This document shows, one piece after another, positions 1 to 9,698 of a stretch of 64,000 nucleotides of DNA. The notes beneath the pieces were generated by a model. The model saw nothing but the letters and a program-made list of their open reading frames with translations. It ran no database searches and was not told the DNA's origin. Position numbers and translations under genes: made by a program. Each line of letters begins with the position of its first letter. Position 1 is the stretch's first letter. Source of the DNA: a virus; IMG/VR virus record IMGVR_UViG_3300025030_000064, positions 29,499 through 93,498 of that record; one strand, 5' to 3'.

Positions 1-115
1 AATTACACATGGGACAGAAGTGGTTTAATGAATTTATAGGAATTGTAAATAGGAAAAAATACGAATTTATTAAATGACCTTTACTCAAATACAAAACATA
101 AAATAGAATGATGAA

Positions 116-676
116 ATGGCAAAAACAGACACTATAAATAGTAAAAGAAATTTACTGGATCTTTTAAAAAATAAAAAGACCTGGAAAACAATATTTATAA
201 GTTTAACAAGTGCTTTACTCGTTGCTTTTTTTATATATATTGCACCTTCTTCGTTAACGTTCGTTAAAAATATTTTTACTATAAATAACTTGGTTAATGA
301 AGTTGATTCATTAAAAACAAAAATAAGTGGTAAAGCGACATTAGATTTTGTGAAAACACAAGTTGATTTTACTTTAAAACATCAAGAAGATATTAATCAG
401 ACCATGTGGAAAGTAAGAGATGAAGATAGACAAGCAGATAAACTAGAACGAGAAATGAATAAAAAAGAACACTTGTTAATTCTTTCAGCGTTAAGTAAGG
501 TATTAAAGGCAACCGATAAAGATAGATTATTTGAAGAATGGCTTAAACGTCAAGGTTCTGAAAAAATGTCTAAACCTTTTATAATAGAAGATAATTTACT
601 GCAATGTGATACCTTAGTAAAAGTAGATTCAAATGTAGTTTTATTAAATAGTAATTTAATCTTAAATAATAATTAA
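116..676 (+). CDS. Membrane-anchored protein, possibly lysis-associated
   Basis: One N-terminal hydrophobic helix (IFISLTSALLVAFFIYIA) then a coiled-coil-like region; directly upstream of holin and lysin. Confidence 0.5.
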   Translation: MAKTDTINSKRNLLDLLKNKKTWKTIFISLTSALLVAFFIYIAPSSLTFVKNIFTINNLVNEVDSLKTKISGKATLDFVKTQVDFTLKHQEDINQTMWKVRDEDRQADKLEREMNKKEHLLILSALSKVLKATDKDRLFEEWLKRQGSEKMSKPFIIEDNLLQCDTLVKVDSNVVLLNSNLILNNN

Positions 677-677
677 T

Positions 678-977
678 ATGATACCAATTATTAACCTAGT
701 AAGAGAACTCTTAATTAGAATTAAACTTAAAAGTCCTAAATTATTTATTCAGATCCAATGGTGGTCCGGTGCTATAGGTACTATTATCACAGCAACCTTA
801 TTACTTAACTCAACATTTGATTGGGAATTTGAATTGATAGGCATTTTAAACATACCTTTTACAACTATTCTTTCAGGCATAGTAACATTCTTAGGTGGGT
901 TATTTGTAACGGCTAATCTAACCGTACAGGATACTAAAAGACTTGAAACTAAGTTAGACGAGAAGAGAAATGTTTAA
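678..977 (+). CDS. Putative holin
   Basis: 99 aa, two hydrophobic helices, charged C-terminal tail, overlaps the lysin start. Confidence 0.65.
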   Translation: MIPIINLVRELLIRIKLKSPKLFIQIQWWSGAIGTIITATLLLNSTFDWEFELIGILNIPFTTILSGIVTFLGGLFVTANLTVQDTKRLETKLDEKRNV

Positions 978-1551
978 CTATTCACAGATAGAATCAGTCT
1001 TAAAAGAAAAGGAATACTCACTTGATAAACGAGTGGGTTATCCTAATTTTATAGGAGTACGTTTCTTTTCTAAGATGAATGCTTTCGATGATGAGTTGTA
1101 TATCATTACCTATGGTACTAAGACAAATGATTCAGAAAACAATATAACCATGTCTATTTATCCTTTCTCTACTGATCCGGGACTATATGCATTACATCAT
1201 CCTATCAATGCTAAGGGAACATTTATAATGGCACCAGGTTATTATAAAGACCTTTGGACATTTGGACTACATAAAGGAAAGTATAAAGCATTTGTTCAGC
1301 TTAATCCATGTACAGGATATAGGGATAATAATAAAGATGACAAGTATGACTTGTTACCTAAGACATTAACTACAGGTATTAATGGTATCAATATGCATAA
1401 ATCAGGTATTGATTCAGTGACAGTCGACAACTACAGTTACGGCTGCCAAATTTTCAAGAAGAGTCCAGATTTTGCTAAAGTATTAAAGCAAGCAGAACAG
1501 TCAGGTTATACTAAATTCAATTACATCTTAATAAATTCTTATGAAATATAG
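970..1551 (+). CDS. Putative endolysin, L,D-transpeptidase (YkuD)-like cysteine peptidase
   Basis: GINMH...NYSYGCQ resembles the YkuD H...SxGC motif; no signal peptide; lies between holin and spanin candidates. Confidence 0.6.
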   Translation: MFNYSQIESVLKEKEYSLDKRVGYPNFIGVRFFSKMNAFDDELYIITYGTKTNDSENNITMSIYPFSTDPGLYALHHPINAKGTFIMAPGYYKDLWTFGLHKGKYKAFVQLNPCTGYRDNNKDDKYDLLPKTLTTGINGINMHKSGIDSVTVDNYSYGCQIFKKSPDFAKVLKQAEQSGYTKFNYILINSYEI

Positions 1552-2062
1552 CATCATTATATTACTCGTAATACTTCTATCAGGTTGTGATATCCTTAAG
1601 AGTCATAGTAAGTATATACTTGAACATGCTGATGAGATACGATTGACCTTGTGCGATAAAGCTATTGATACTACTTCTCATGTTTCTATTATTGATACAG
1701 TTTATGAAATAGTTCAATCTGAAATGCAAGAAGTAGATAGTATGACTTTAATGTTATTTCTTTATTGTGATAGTAATAATCAAGTAATGATTAAAAATAG
1801 TGAATTGCTTCAATCTAAAAATGGAAAATTACTTTACGAACTGAATAAAAACAAGTTGTTGATAAGGTCATTACACGATAGTATAGAAGTTAAAGATAAG
1901 ATAATTTACAATACAAAAACCAAAACAATAACTAATACTATTGCGGTTCCTATTTGGACTAAAGGAGATACTGAGTATAAAATATGGTGGTGGGAATATA
2001 TAGTATGGACATTGTCTGGAATAATTATTATATATTTATTCATTAAAAAAAGGTTTATATAA
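1541..2062 (+). CDS. Unimolecular spanin-like lipoprotein
   Basis: Lipoprotein signal MKYSIIILLVILLSG-C plus a C-terminal TM helix (WWWEYIVWTLSGIIIIYLF-KKR). Confidence 0.7.
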   Translation: MKYSIIILLVILLSGCDILKSHSKYILEHADEIRLTLCDKAIDTTSHVSIIDTVYEIVQSEMQEVDSMTLMLFLYCDSNNQVMIKNSELLQSKNGKLLYELNKNKLLIRSLHDSIEVKDKIIYNTKTKTITNTIAVPIWTKGDTEYKIWWWEYIVWTLSGIIIIYLFIKKRFI

Positions 2063-2761
2063 ATGGCTACTTACGATAAGATAGTTTTTGATCTCATGAA
2101 CATTAAAAGAGGGCAACTTTCTGATGATGATATAGGAGATGAAAGACAATATGAATTTTGGTTAAATAATACCAGAGCATTACTTATCAGACAAGATAAT
2201 AATAAAGGACGTTCTCTTACAGAAAATATTATTCAGGATTTAGGATGTGTAGAAATAGAAACTGCAGACGTGGCAGAATGTTGTGATATGGAATATGGTT
2301 GTATGATAAAAAGGACTAAGTTACAATTACCAAGACCAATCGAATTATCACAACAAGATGCTATACTAAGAGTAGGAACAATTGATAAGACTTCAAAAGC
2401 ATTTACATTTGTTCCATACGAACAATTTATTTTTTCTGGGAATGGAAGATTTAATAAGTATATTATATTTGTTACATATAGAAATGGAAGATTATATTTA
2501 TCATCGTCAAATAACCTTACTTTAAAAGGAATGAAATGGATTAACGTAAGAGGTATATTTGAAGATCCAAGATCAGTAAAAGATTTTACAAGATGTGATG
2601 GCACTCCATGTTATACCGGAGATAGCGAATATCCTATGTCTAATTGGATGATAGAAGTAGTAAAAAAAATGATTCTTGATACAAATATTAAAACTATGTT
2701 AACAATACCTGCAGATACAACTAATGATGCTTCTGGAGATCCACAAACACAAGTAAAATAA
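2063..2761 (+). CDS. crAss-like tail ring protein
   Basis: Motifs RALLIRQD, INVRGIFEDP and EYPMS typical of crAss ring proteins; synteny. Confidence 0.7.
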   Translation: MATYDKIVFDLMNIKRGQLSDDDIGDERQYEFWLNNTRALLIRQDNNKGRSLTENIIQDLGCVEIETADVAECCDMEYGCMIKRTKLQLPRPIELSQQDAILRVGTIDKTSKAFTFVPYEQFIFSGNGRFNKYIIFVTYRNGRLYLSSSNNLTLKGMKWINVRGIFEDPRSVKDFTRCDGTPCYTGDSEYPMSNWMIEVVKKMILDTNIKTMLTIPADTTNDASGDPQTQVK

Positions 2762-2762
2762 T

Positions 2763-3419
2763 ATGAGAGTAGCACACATAATACATGCTGGCATAAATGC
2801 TCAATATAATTATTATATACGTTCATTAACAGATAAGCAGAAAGAGTTATTGTGTAAAAAGGATGAGAATGGAGATAGTCAATTATTCTATTATCTATTT
2901 TCAAGAAAAGAATATTCTGATATTGTAAAAGTATTAAATGAGAATATAGGAGAAAAGATTACACAGGGAAACAAAATGAATCTTGGCAGATGTGGAGATA
3001 TATATATTGCAGGAGCAAGAAGAAATGTAGAGGTTAATAAAGATGGTAAATTCATTAAGAAATGTATGGGGGTTAACTGGAAGGAAAGTATAGAATTATG
3101 GAAAGAGTTATATCCAGATGTAGAACAGAAGATGAAGAAAGGTGCAAATATATCATATAAACATATAAAAGCAAAGCCTAAAGTATATTATGATAATAAG
3201 TACCAGTATAAACTTATTTGGAACAAAGGAAGATCAAAGTTAAAACCTACAGGCCAACCATATTTCAATATGTTTACTAATGATAACTTTAAGAAAAGAA
3301 TAACTAAAGCTATAGGAGACACTGAAGGAACTCAGGTAGCTGCTGTAATTTATGATATTAAAGATTATCGTAATAAAAGGTTAAATGATATAGTAAAGCA
3401 CATGTATAAAATCGATTAA
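2763..3419 (+). CDS. crAss-like IHF/HU-like protein
   Basis: Basic; HU-like core (IVKVLNENIGEKITQGNKMNLGRCGDIYI) followed by VNWKES; sits between ring genes. Confidence 0.6.
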   Translation: MRVAHIIHAGINAQYNYYIRSLTDKQKELLCKKDENGDSQLFYYLFSRKEYSDIVKVLNENIGEKITQGNKMNLGRCGDIYIAGARRNVEVNKDGKFIKKCMGVNWKESIELWKELYPDVEQKMKKGANISYKHIKAKPKVYYDNKYQYKLIWNKGRSKLKPTGQPYFNMFTNDNFKKRITKAIGDTEGTQVAAVIYDIKDYRNKRLNDIVKHMYKID

Positions 3420-3420
3420 T

Positions 3421-3717
3421 ATGTATATAGAAAGTTCGATATTCTCAGCAACAGAATCTTCTACTGAAAATGGAGTTAAGACAACCATAGAAGTAGTAAA
3501 GATTGAAAATGGTTATATCAATAAGGTAGAGAAAAGAAATGTATCTACAACAGGAGAATACCTTTCTTCTGAAAAAGAAGAACGCTCAGAGAAGATATAT
3601 TATTCTAAAGAGAATATATTAACTAAAGATAAGGAAGATGATCTTGATGAAACAAACGAAGAACCTAAGAAAGAAAGCATGAGTTTAGCTATAACTAAAC
3701 TATTAAATAGAGAATAA
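3421..3717 (+). CDS. Hypothetical protein
   Basis: Tightly packed ORF in the structural operon. Confidence 0.7.
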   Translation: MYIESSIFSATESSTENGVKTTIEVVKIENGYINKVEKRNVSTTGEYLSSEKEERSEKIYYSKENILTKDKEDDLDETNEEPKKESMSLAITKLLNRE

Positions 3718-3718
3718 G

Positions 3719-4447
3719 ATGTTAAACGGAAAATATGTATCATATAAGCGTATTATCGAAAAGCTATTTCAGAAGTATGGTTTTAAAGATAAAGTAGAGT
3801 GGTCAGTCATTCTTGAATGGATTGGTGACGGTATGGATCTGATAGGTGCAAATGATACTTATATTAATAAGGTGACAGGAATGGACCCTTTAACTCCTAC
3901 GATTAAGATAGTCGATTATAGAGGTGATCTTCCTTGTGACATATACAAATGTATTCAGGTAAGAGAATACTGTTCTAAGATACCTATGAGATATTCTACA
4001 GATAGTTTTCATAGGACAAATAATAGTGAACGTAATCCAAACCCTAACTCCAATCCAGACTATACATATCAATTAACCGATAGTCATATCTTCACTAACT
4101 TTTCAGAAGGTGAAGTAGAGATGAGTTATACAGCTTTCCCAATAGATGAGCAAGGTTATCCTATGATTCCAGATGATGTGAAGTTTATAAGAGCCATGGT
4201 AGATTACATAGCCTCTCAATTATCTATTAAGTTATGGATTGAAGGTTCTATAGATGATAAGAAGTTCCAATGGATACAACAAGAGAGTGGGTTCAGTACA
4301 GGTGCAGCACATACAAGGGCATCATTACAGAATCTCGATCAGGCAGAATCATTTAAGAATGCAATACTAAGACTTGTTCCTACAATAAATCAGCATGGTG
4401 ATGGTTTTGTTTATTTAGGACAGGCAGAAGAAAGACCTATATTATAA
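3719..4447 (+). CDS. Tail tubular / ring protein (P22 gp4-like, crAss type)
   Basis: YRGDLPCD, IFTNFSEGEVEMSY and GYPMIPD motifs; immediately before the muzzle gene. Confidence 0.75.
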   Translation: MLNGKYVSYKRIIEKLFQKYGFKDKVEWSVILEWIGDGMDLIGANDTYINKVTGMDPLTPTIKIVDYRGDLPCDIYKCIQVREYCSKIPMRYSTDSFHRTNNSERNPNPNSNPDYTYQLTDSHIFTNFSEGEVEMSYTAFPIDEQGYPMIPDDVKFIRAMVDYIASQLSIKLWIEGSIDDKKFQWIQQESGFSTGAAHTRASLQNLDQAESFKNAILRLVPTINQHGDGFVYLGQAEERPIL

Positions 4448-7400
4448 TGAAAGTTAAGAATAGTTATTTAGGTGGACTAAATCAAGATATTTCAAAACAG
4501 TTATATCCTAATAATAAAATATATGATTGCTTTGATTATAGGGTATTAACAGATGAAGGATTATCTACTGGTGCTTTAGAGAATGTAAAAGGCAACTTAT
4601 TAACTTATGATATTATTTCAAGTGCTTTAACTCAATTAGTAAATTATACTAATGTAGGAATTATAATATCAGATGCCACTAAAGTTATAGGAAGTTGTTT
4701 AGTAAGAGAAGAAAATGTTTTATTTGCCGTTAACGAGACTCCTGATTTAGATTATGCTGGAAGTACAGGAATAGATTATATAATTAAATTATATACAGAA
4801 TCAGGAGTAAGAAAATCAAAAGTTATATGGTATTCAAATGCTAATACAGGAAGATTAAATTTTGCATTACAATATCCTATTAATGCTACGGTACCAAGAT
4901 ATGAAAATAGCAGTTTAAGAAAAGTATATTTTTCAGATAATTATAATACATTACGTTATCTTAATATAAAGACATTAGAAGCAGATATAGATGCTAATAT
5001 AAATATAAGTACTATTGTATCAACTTTATTTGATATTGTTCCAGTAAGCAATTTAAAAGCACCACGGTTTGTAGAAATCATAACAGGTGGATCAAGAACA
5101 TCTGGAATGATAAAGTATTATTATCAAGTTTATACTCCTAATGGTAGTATAAGTAATATTTCTCCTTCTACAGGATTAATACATTTAACAACTTCATCTG
5201 AACAAATAATAGTCACTCCATGGTCACAAGAATATTATGGTGAAGATCCTGGAGTGGATACTGGAAAAGCAGTAAAGATAAAAATAACAAATGTAAATTC
5301 TGAATTTACGAGAATAAGAATAATATCAGCTCATCAATCTACTTATTTTGATTCTCCTATTATAGAAATAATATATGAAGGAACTATTGCAAATGGTTCA
5401 ATAGAATTTATAGATACTGGGAATACGGTATTGGGAAACTATACTCTTGAAGAACTTGTAGCATTAGAAAAAGGAGAATTTACATGTAAATCACTTACAA
5501 CTAAAAATAATTATCTTATTGCTGGAAATATCAAAGAAATGATATTGGATAATGATGATATTAGAAATTTTGATTCTCGTGTATATAGATATGATACTTC
5601 TGGCTATTCACAAGTATATGAAGAAAATGGTGATTATTATAGAATAAATAATGTTGGAGATTGGGATTTTTTTCAATCAGGTATAGTCACGGAATCTTCA
5701 ATTAGTCCTTGGGATTTACCTGTAGATGCTGATTGCATAAATTTTTATAATAATAATGCTAATGATGCTGGAGGTTTATATAGATATTTTTACAAGTCTG
5801 ATGGAGTTACTATAGGAGCATCAGGAAAAAATCTATCATTAGAATTAGGAATTAAACAATTAAAAGAAGCTGAATTATCAGGCCCTTCACAATGGTATGT
5901 TACACCAGATAATATATCTCATGCACTTAATGGAGTTAATTATATAAACAATTCATATCCTAATTATGCTAGTCCGATGATAAGGGAATTGTTTATGGGA
6001 TATAGACGAGGAGAAGTATATAGGATAGGTATTAGATTTTATGATAGTAAAGGAAGAAAAGGATTTACTAAATGGGTTTGTGATTTTAGAATGCCTTTAT
6101 GTGGAGATATTAATTCTACATCAACATATCCAACAGAAGCAGGAACATTAAGATATGATTATCTTCTTACTAATAATTGGAATGGAGATGGATTACCAGA
6201 TGAAAATGAATTTAAAGTAAATATTTTACATTTAAAATTATGGGTTGATATAACTAATGTTCCTAATGATTCTTTTGTTCCTTCTCAGAAATGTGGAATA
6301 GAAATAGTAAGAGCAAAAAGGACAGAATTAGATAAAACTATTTTATGTTCTGGATATTTAAATTCTATTTATGAAACTGCAGGATATTCAGATTTTCATG
6401 TTTTTAATAGTTTAATACATATTGACGTTCCAACAGCACAAGGAAGACTTTTAATGGGTAGTTATCCATGGGGAGGAACAAATACTTCACCATACTATCA
6501 ATTTTATTCTCCTGAAGTATCTTACTTTAATAATATAACTTTAAAAGATGATGACAGAATATGGATACAACAACTTTATCAAAAAGGTGTAACAAGTCCA
6601 TCAGTTGTGCTTACGGAGTTACAGTGTAGAAAAAGTTTATATTCATCAGACTTACAATATGCTTCTCAATCTGAAAGAACCATTATGGATTCTGTTTATT
6701 GTCCATGGAAAAAAGATAGTCATAGTGCAACTGGAAATACTTTTACTGTATCTGGAAGTTATAGAGGAAATAATTCTAATGGTGGTAATATGTGGGCAGA
6801 AGCAGGAAGTCATATAATTTTAAATTTAGATAATCCTATCTATGCCTATACAGATATTGGAAGTTATGCATATTTAGAAGACAGGGCTATAGCATATGTA
6901 GATATTAGAAGAAGTCTTCCTAAACAGTATGGAGGTAATAGTTATGACAATAGAAATATAACTCCTTATATAACAACTAATTCTTTGGTAGTTCTTTCTT
7001 CATCAGGATGGATAGATGTATTTGGAGGAGATACTTTTTTAGGATTATATGAATTCATGTCTTCTATGTGGACGGACGAAGCACACGCAGGAGAAGGTTA
7101 TACTTGTTCAATGATGGGAGTAGTAGAATCATCTATTAACGGAAACATACAAAGTAGTGAATATACTTTTAAAAAAGCAGCTAATGTACTTATTCAGGAA
7201 AAAGCAGGAACGTATTCATGGATAAATTTAAATGGTAGTGCAGTTTCTTATACTCAGGTAGAAGATATCTTTTTATATAACTCAGCCTATTCGAGAGAAA
7301 ATGATACTTTTATTTCATACGAACTTCCTATAGATTTTAATTCGGATGAAAGAAATGATGTTATGGTTAAAATATCCGAAAAAAAATATAATGGAGAATT

Positions 7401-8496
7401 ATTTGACTCGTGGTCAATATTTTTAGTTAATGATTTTATCGAAGTCGATACTCAATATGGACCTATTACAGAAACAAATATATGTTTTGATAGAATATTT
7501 GCAATACAGGAAAAAGGAGTATCTGTAATTACTTTAGTAGAAGAACAATCAACTTTAACGTTATCATTAGGTGCTGGGATTAAATTAAATAAATATGATT
7601 ATATTTCTACCACGTCAGGAAGTAAACATCAAAAATCTGTTATTGTAGGGAAAAAAGGTTTATATTATTATGATGTTCTTAATAATTCAATATGTCTTAT
7701 AGGTAGTCTTAATATAGAATCTGAAATAACTAATATAGATGGATTATCTTCTTTCTTAGCATATAATACTCCACAGTCTATATATGATTATGATAATCCT
7801 TTTCTTACCGGACAAGGAAGTGTATTAGCAGTAAAAGATACTTCTTTTGAAGAAATATTATTTACATTTAGAGATAATGATGATACTACTTTAGATAATC
7901 AAGTACAATGTTTTACACTCGCAGTAAGTGAAAAGACAGGATTGTTTCATCATAGATATGGTTGTTATCCTGATTTATGGATATCTGGCAATGGAGAATA
8001 TTTTTCCATGTTTCAAGAATATATTTCAAGTCTTAAAGGAAAAGTGTTTGTTCATAATAAAGGATTGAGAGGAGTGTGGTATGATAAAACAGCTACAAAT
8101 TCATATGTTGTAATCCTTATTAATCCTTTACAAGGTTCAGTAGCTATATTTAATAATCTTACATGGTTTACAGAGGTAACTCAAAAGATAGCAGGTATAG
8201 TAACAGATGTTTATGACTTAACTCTTACATCATATAGAGCATGGAATGACTATCAGAATACAGGAACTATTACTCTTAATAATAATAATATAGACTCAGT
8301 AGGAGCAGAACAAAGGATAATGAGACAATGGAAGACTGATATAGAAAGAGATGCTTCAGTAGGTGCTCTTGACGAACCAAGGATGAGAGATACCTATATA
8401 CTCTTACAACTCAACTTTACCAATCAACAAAGTGGTATAGATTATAGGATGGTATTACATGATGTAATTACAAGTATCACACCTTCTTCTTTTTAA
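4447..8496 (+). CDS. Muzzle / tail stabilisation protein (P22 gp10-like, crAss type)
   Basis: 1349 aa; N-terminal NSYLGGLNQD, GYRRGEVYRIGIRF, QYGGNSY, GGDTF and C-terminal RMRD motifs. Confidence 0.8.
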   Translation: MKVKNSYLGGLNQDISKQLYPNNKIYDCFDYRVLTDEGLSTGALENVKGNLLTYDIISSALTQLVNYTNVGIIISDATKVIGSCLVREENVLFAVNETPDLDYAGSTGIDYIIKLYTESGVRKSKVIWYSNANTGRLNFALQYPINATVPRYENSSLRKVYFSDNYNTLRYLNIKTLEADIDANINISTIVSTLFDIVPVSNLKAPRFVEIITGGSRTSGMIKYYYQVYTPNGSISNISPSTGLIHLTTSSEQIIVTPWSQEYYGEDPGVDTGKAVKIKITNVNSEFTRIRIISAHQSTYFDSPIIEIIYEGTIANGSIEFIDTGNTVLGNYTLEELVALEKGEFTCKSLTTKNNYLIAGNIKEMILDNDDIRNFDSRVYRYDTSGYSQVYEENGDYYRINNVGDWDFFQSGIVTESSISPWDLPVDADCINFYNNNANDAGGLYRYFYKSDGVTIGASGKNLSLELGIKQLKEAELSGPSQWYVTPDNISHALNGVNYINNSYPNYASPMIRELFMGYRRGEVYRIGIRFYDSKGRKGFTKWVCDFRMPLCGDINSTSTYPTEAGTLRYDYLLTNNWNGDGLPDENEFKVNILHLKLWVDITNVPNDSFVPSQKCGIEIVRAKRTELDKTILCSGYLNSIYETAGYSDFHVFNSLIHIDVPTAQGRLLMGSYPWGGTNTSPYYQFYSPEVSYFNNITLKDDDRIWIQQLYQKGVTSPSVVLTELQCRKSLYSSDLQYASQSERTIMDSVYCPWKKDSHSATGNTFTVSGSYRGNNSNGGNMWAEAGSHIILNLDNPIYAYTDIGSYAYLEDRAIAYVDIRRSLPKQYGGNSYDNRNITPYITTNSLVVLSSSGWIDVFGGDTFLGLYEFMSSMWTDEAHAGEGYTCSMMGVVESSINGNIQSSEYTFKKAANVLIQEKAGTYSWINLNGSAVSYTQVEDIFLYNSAYSRENDTFISYELPIDFNSDERNDVMVKISEKKYNGELFDSWSIFLVNDFIEVDTQYGPITETNICFDRIFAIQEKGVSVITLVEEQSTLTLSLGAGIKLNKYDYISTTSGSKHQKSVIVGKKGLYYYDVLNNSICLIGSLNIESEITNIDGLSSFLAYNTPQSIYDYDNPFLTGQGSVLAVKDTSFEEILFTFRDNDDTTLDNQVQCFTLAVSEKTGLFHHRYGCYPDLWISGNGEYFSMFQEYISSLKGKVFVHNKGLRGVWYDKTATNSYVVILINPLQGSVAIFNNLTWFTEVTQKIAGIVTDVYDLTLTSYRAWNDYQNTGTITLNNNNIDSVGAEQRIMRQWKTDIERDASVGALDEPRMRDTYILLQLNFTNQQSGIDYRMVLHDVITSITPSSF

Positions 8497-8504
8497 TATT
8501 TATA

Positions 8505-8535
8505 TTTGATTATATAATATATCTTATTATATTTG
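8505..8535 (+). promoter_or_regulatory. Bacteroidota sigmaA-type promoter
   Basis: TTTG (8505-8508), 19-bp spacer, TATATTTG (8528-8535); matches the -33/-7 consensus TTTG...TAnnTTTG. Confidence 0.75.
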
Positions 8536-8569
8536 CATAGAAGAAGTATTAATTAAAAACAAATAATTT

Positions 8570-9577
8570 ATGATAGCGTATATTGTAGATACTAAACAAG
8601 GATTCAATAAAAATGAATTTCGTAGAATAGGAATATATTTAATTTCAAAACAACAAGATTGTTGTGGAAAGAAAGTAAGTACAATTATTGTCACAAAAGA
8701 TGGATTATCGAATCCTCAATATAAGACTATAGTAGAAGAGTTAGTAGTACATAATAGACCAGATAATACTAATGTGATATATCTTTGTCATGAAAAATCT
8801 CATACAGAGAAACGGAAAAAAGAAGATGAAGATAAAGATTATGAATTAACATCAGAAAATAAATCATCTTATGAAGATAAGTTACGTGAGATGGCTGGAC
8901 ATTCAGAATGTGGAGAAGTAGAATTCTATAGAAGAAGAGAAGAGGCAATAAAGATATATGAAGAATACATTAAAGATCTTGCAATAAACTTAAATATATC
9001 AGAAGAAGAGTCAAGAAAAAAAATAGAACAGTTATATGCTGCTGCTGATGGTGTTTCATTAGAAGAATGGTGTAAGAAATTTCCTATTGAAACATCAAAT
9101 ATAAGTATGGGTTATCCTTTATGTAAAGAAGATGAATATAAGTTACCTGAAGAATATAATGATATTAATATTATTCCAGATGAACTTTTACCAAAAGAAT
9201 TAGATAAATATATTACAAGAGAAGATGTAGAATCATTAGGATTCAGTAGAGATAGAGTAATGAGTAAGGTAATGATAGAGTTGTCAGGTCCATACAATAA
9301 ACACAATAAAGAAATACGTGATATAAATAAAAATGATATGAGATTAACATATTGGATATGTTTTGAGCCATATGATTATAATAATTTTATGTTAAGTAAA
9401 GGTAAAAAAAAGACAGAACCTAAACTACCATATGTAAGGCTTATGAAGAGGATAAGTGAAAAAGAATTAACTACGAAATATAAAAATACTGGCTTAGTAT
9501 GGAAACCTATTTTTGAAGGACATATAAGAACAAAAGAAGATTTAGAACTTATCATGCAGCAAGTAAGAATTGAATAA
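8570..9577 (+). CDS. Moron-like hypothetical protein
   Basis: 335-aa ORF with its own host-type promoter, flanked by direct repeats. Confidence 0.7.
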   Translation: MIAYIVDTKQGFNKNEFRRIGIYLISKQQDCCGKKVSTIIVTKDGLSNPQYKTIVEELVVHNRPDNTNVIYLCHEKSHTEKRKKEDEDKDYELTSENKSSYEDKLREMAGHSECGEVEFYRRREEAIKIYEEYIKDLAINLNISEEESRKKIEQLYAAADGVSLEEWCKKFPIETSNISMGYPLCKEDEYKLPEEYNDINIIPDELLPKELDKYITREDVESLGFSRDRVMSKVMIELSGPYNKHNKEIRDINKNDMRLTYWICFEPYDYNNFMLSKGKKKTEPKLPYVRLMKRISEKELTTKYKNTGLVWKPIFEGHIRTKEDLELIMQQVRIE

Positions 9578-9698
9578 TAGCCTATATCACACCTTCTTCA
9601 TTCTGATATAATAAACCATCTTATAAAATAACTTCTTATTTATTAGGAGTAATAACTCATTCCTTGTTATATTTACCTTATAATAAAACATCATTATA

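Larger units (their letters stand above)
8475..9599 (+). repeat. 15-bp direct repeat TATCACACCTTCTTC (8475-8489 and 9585-9599) flanking an inserted gene
   Basis: Exact repeat; both copies encode ITPSSF followed by a stop. Confidence 0.85.
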
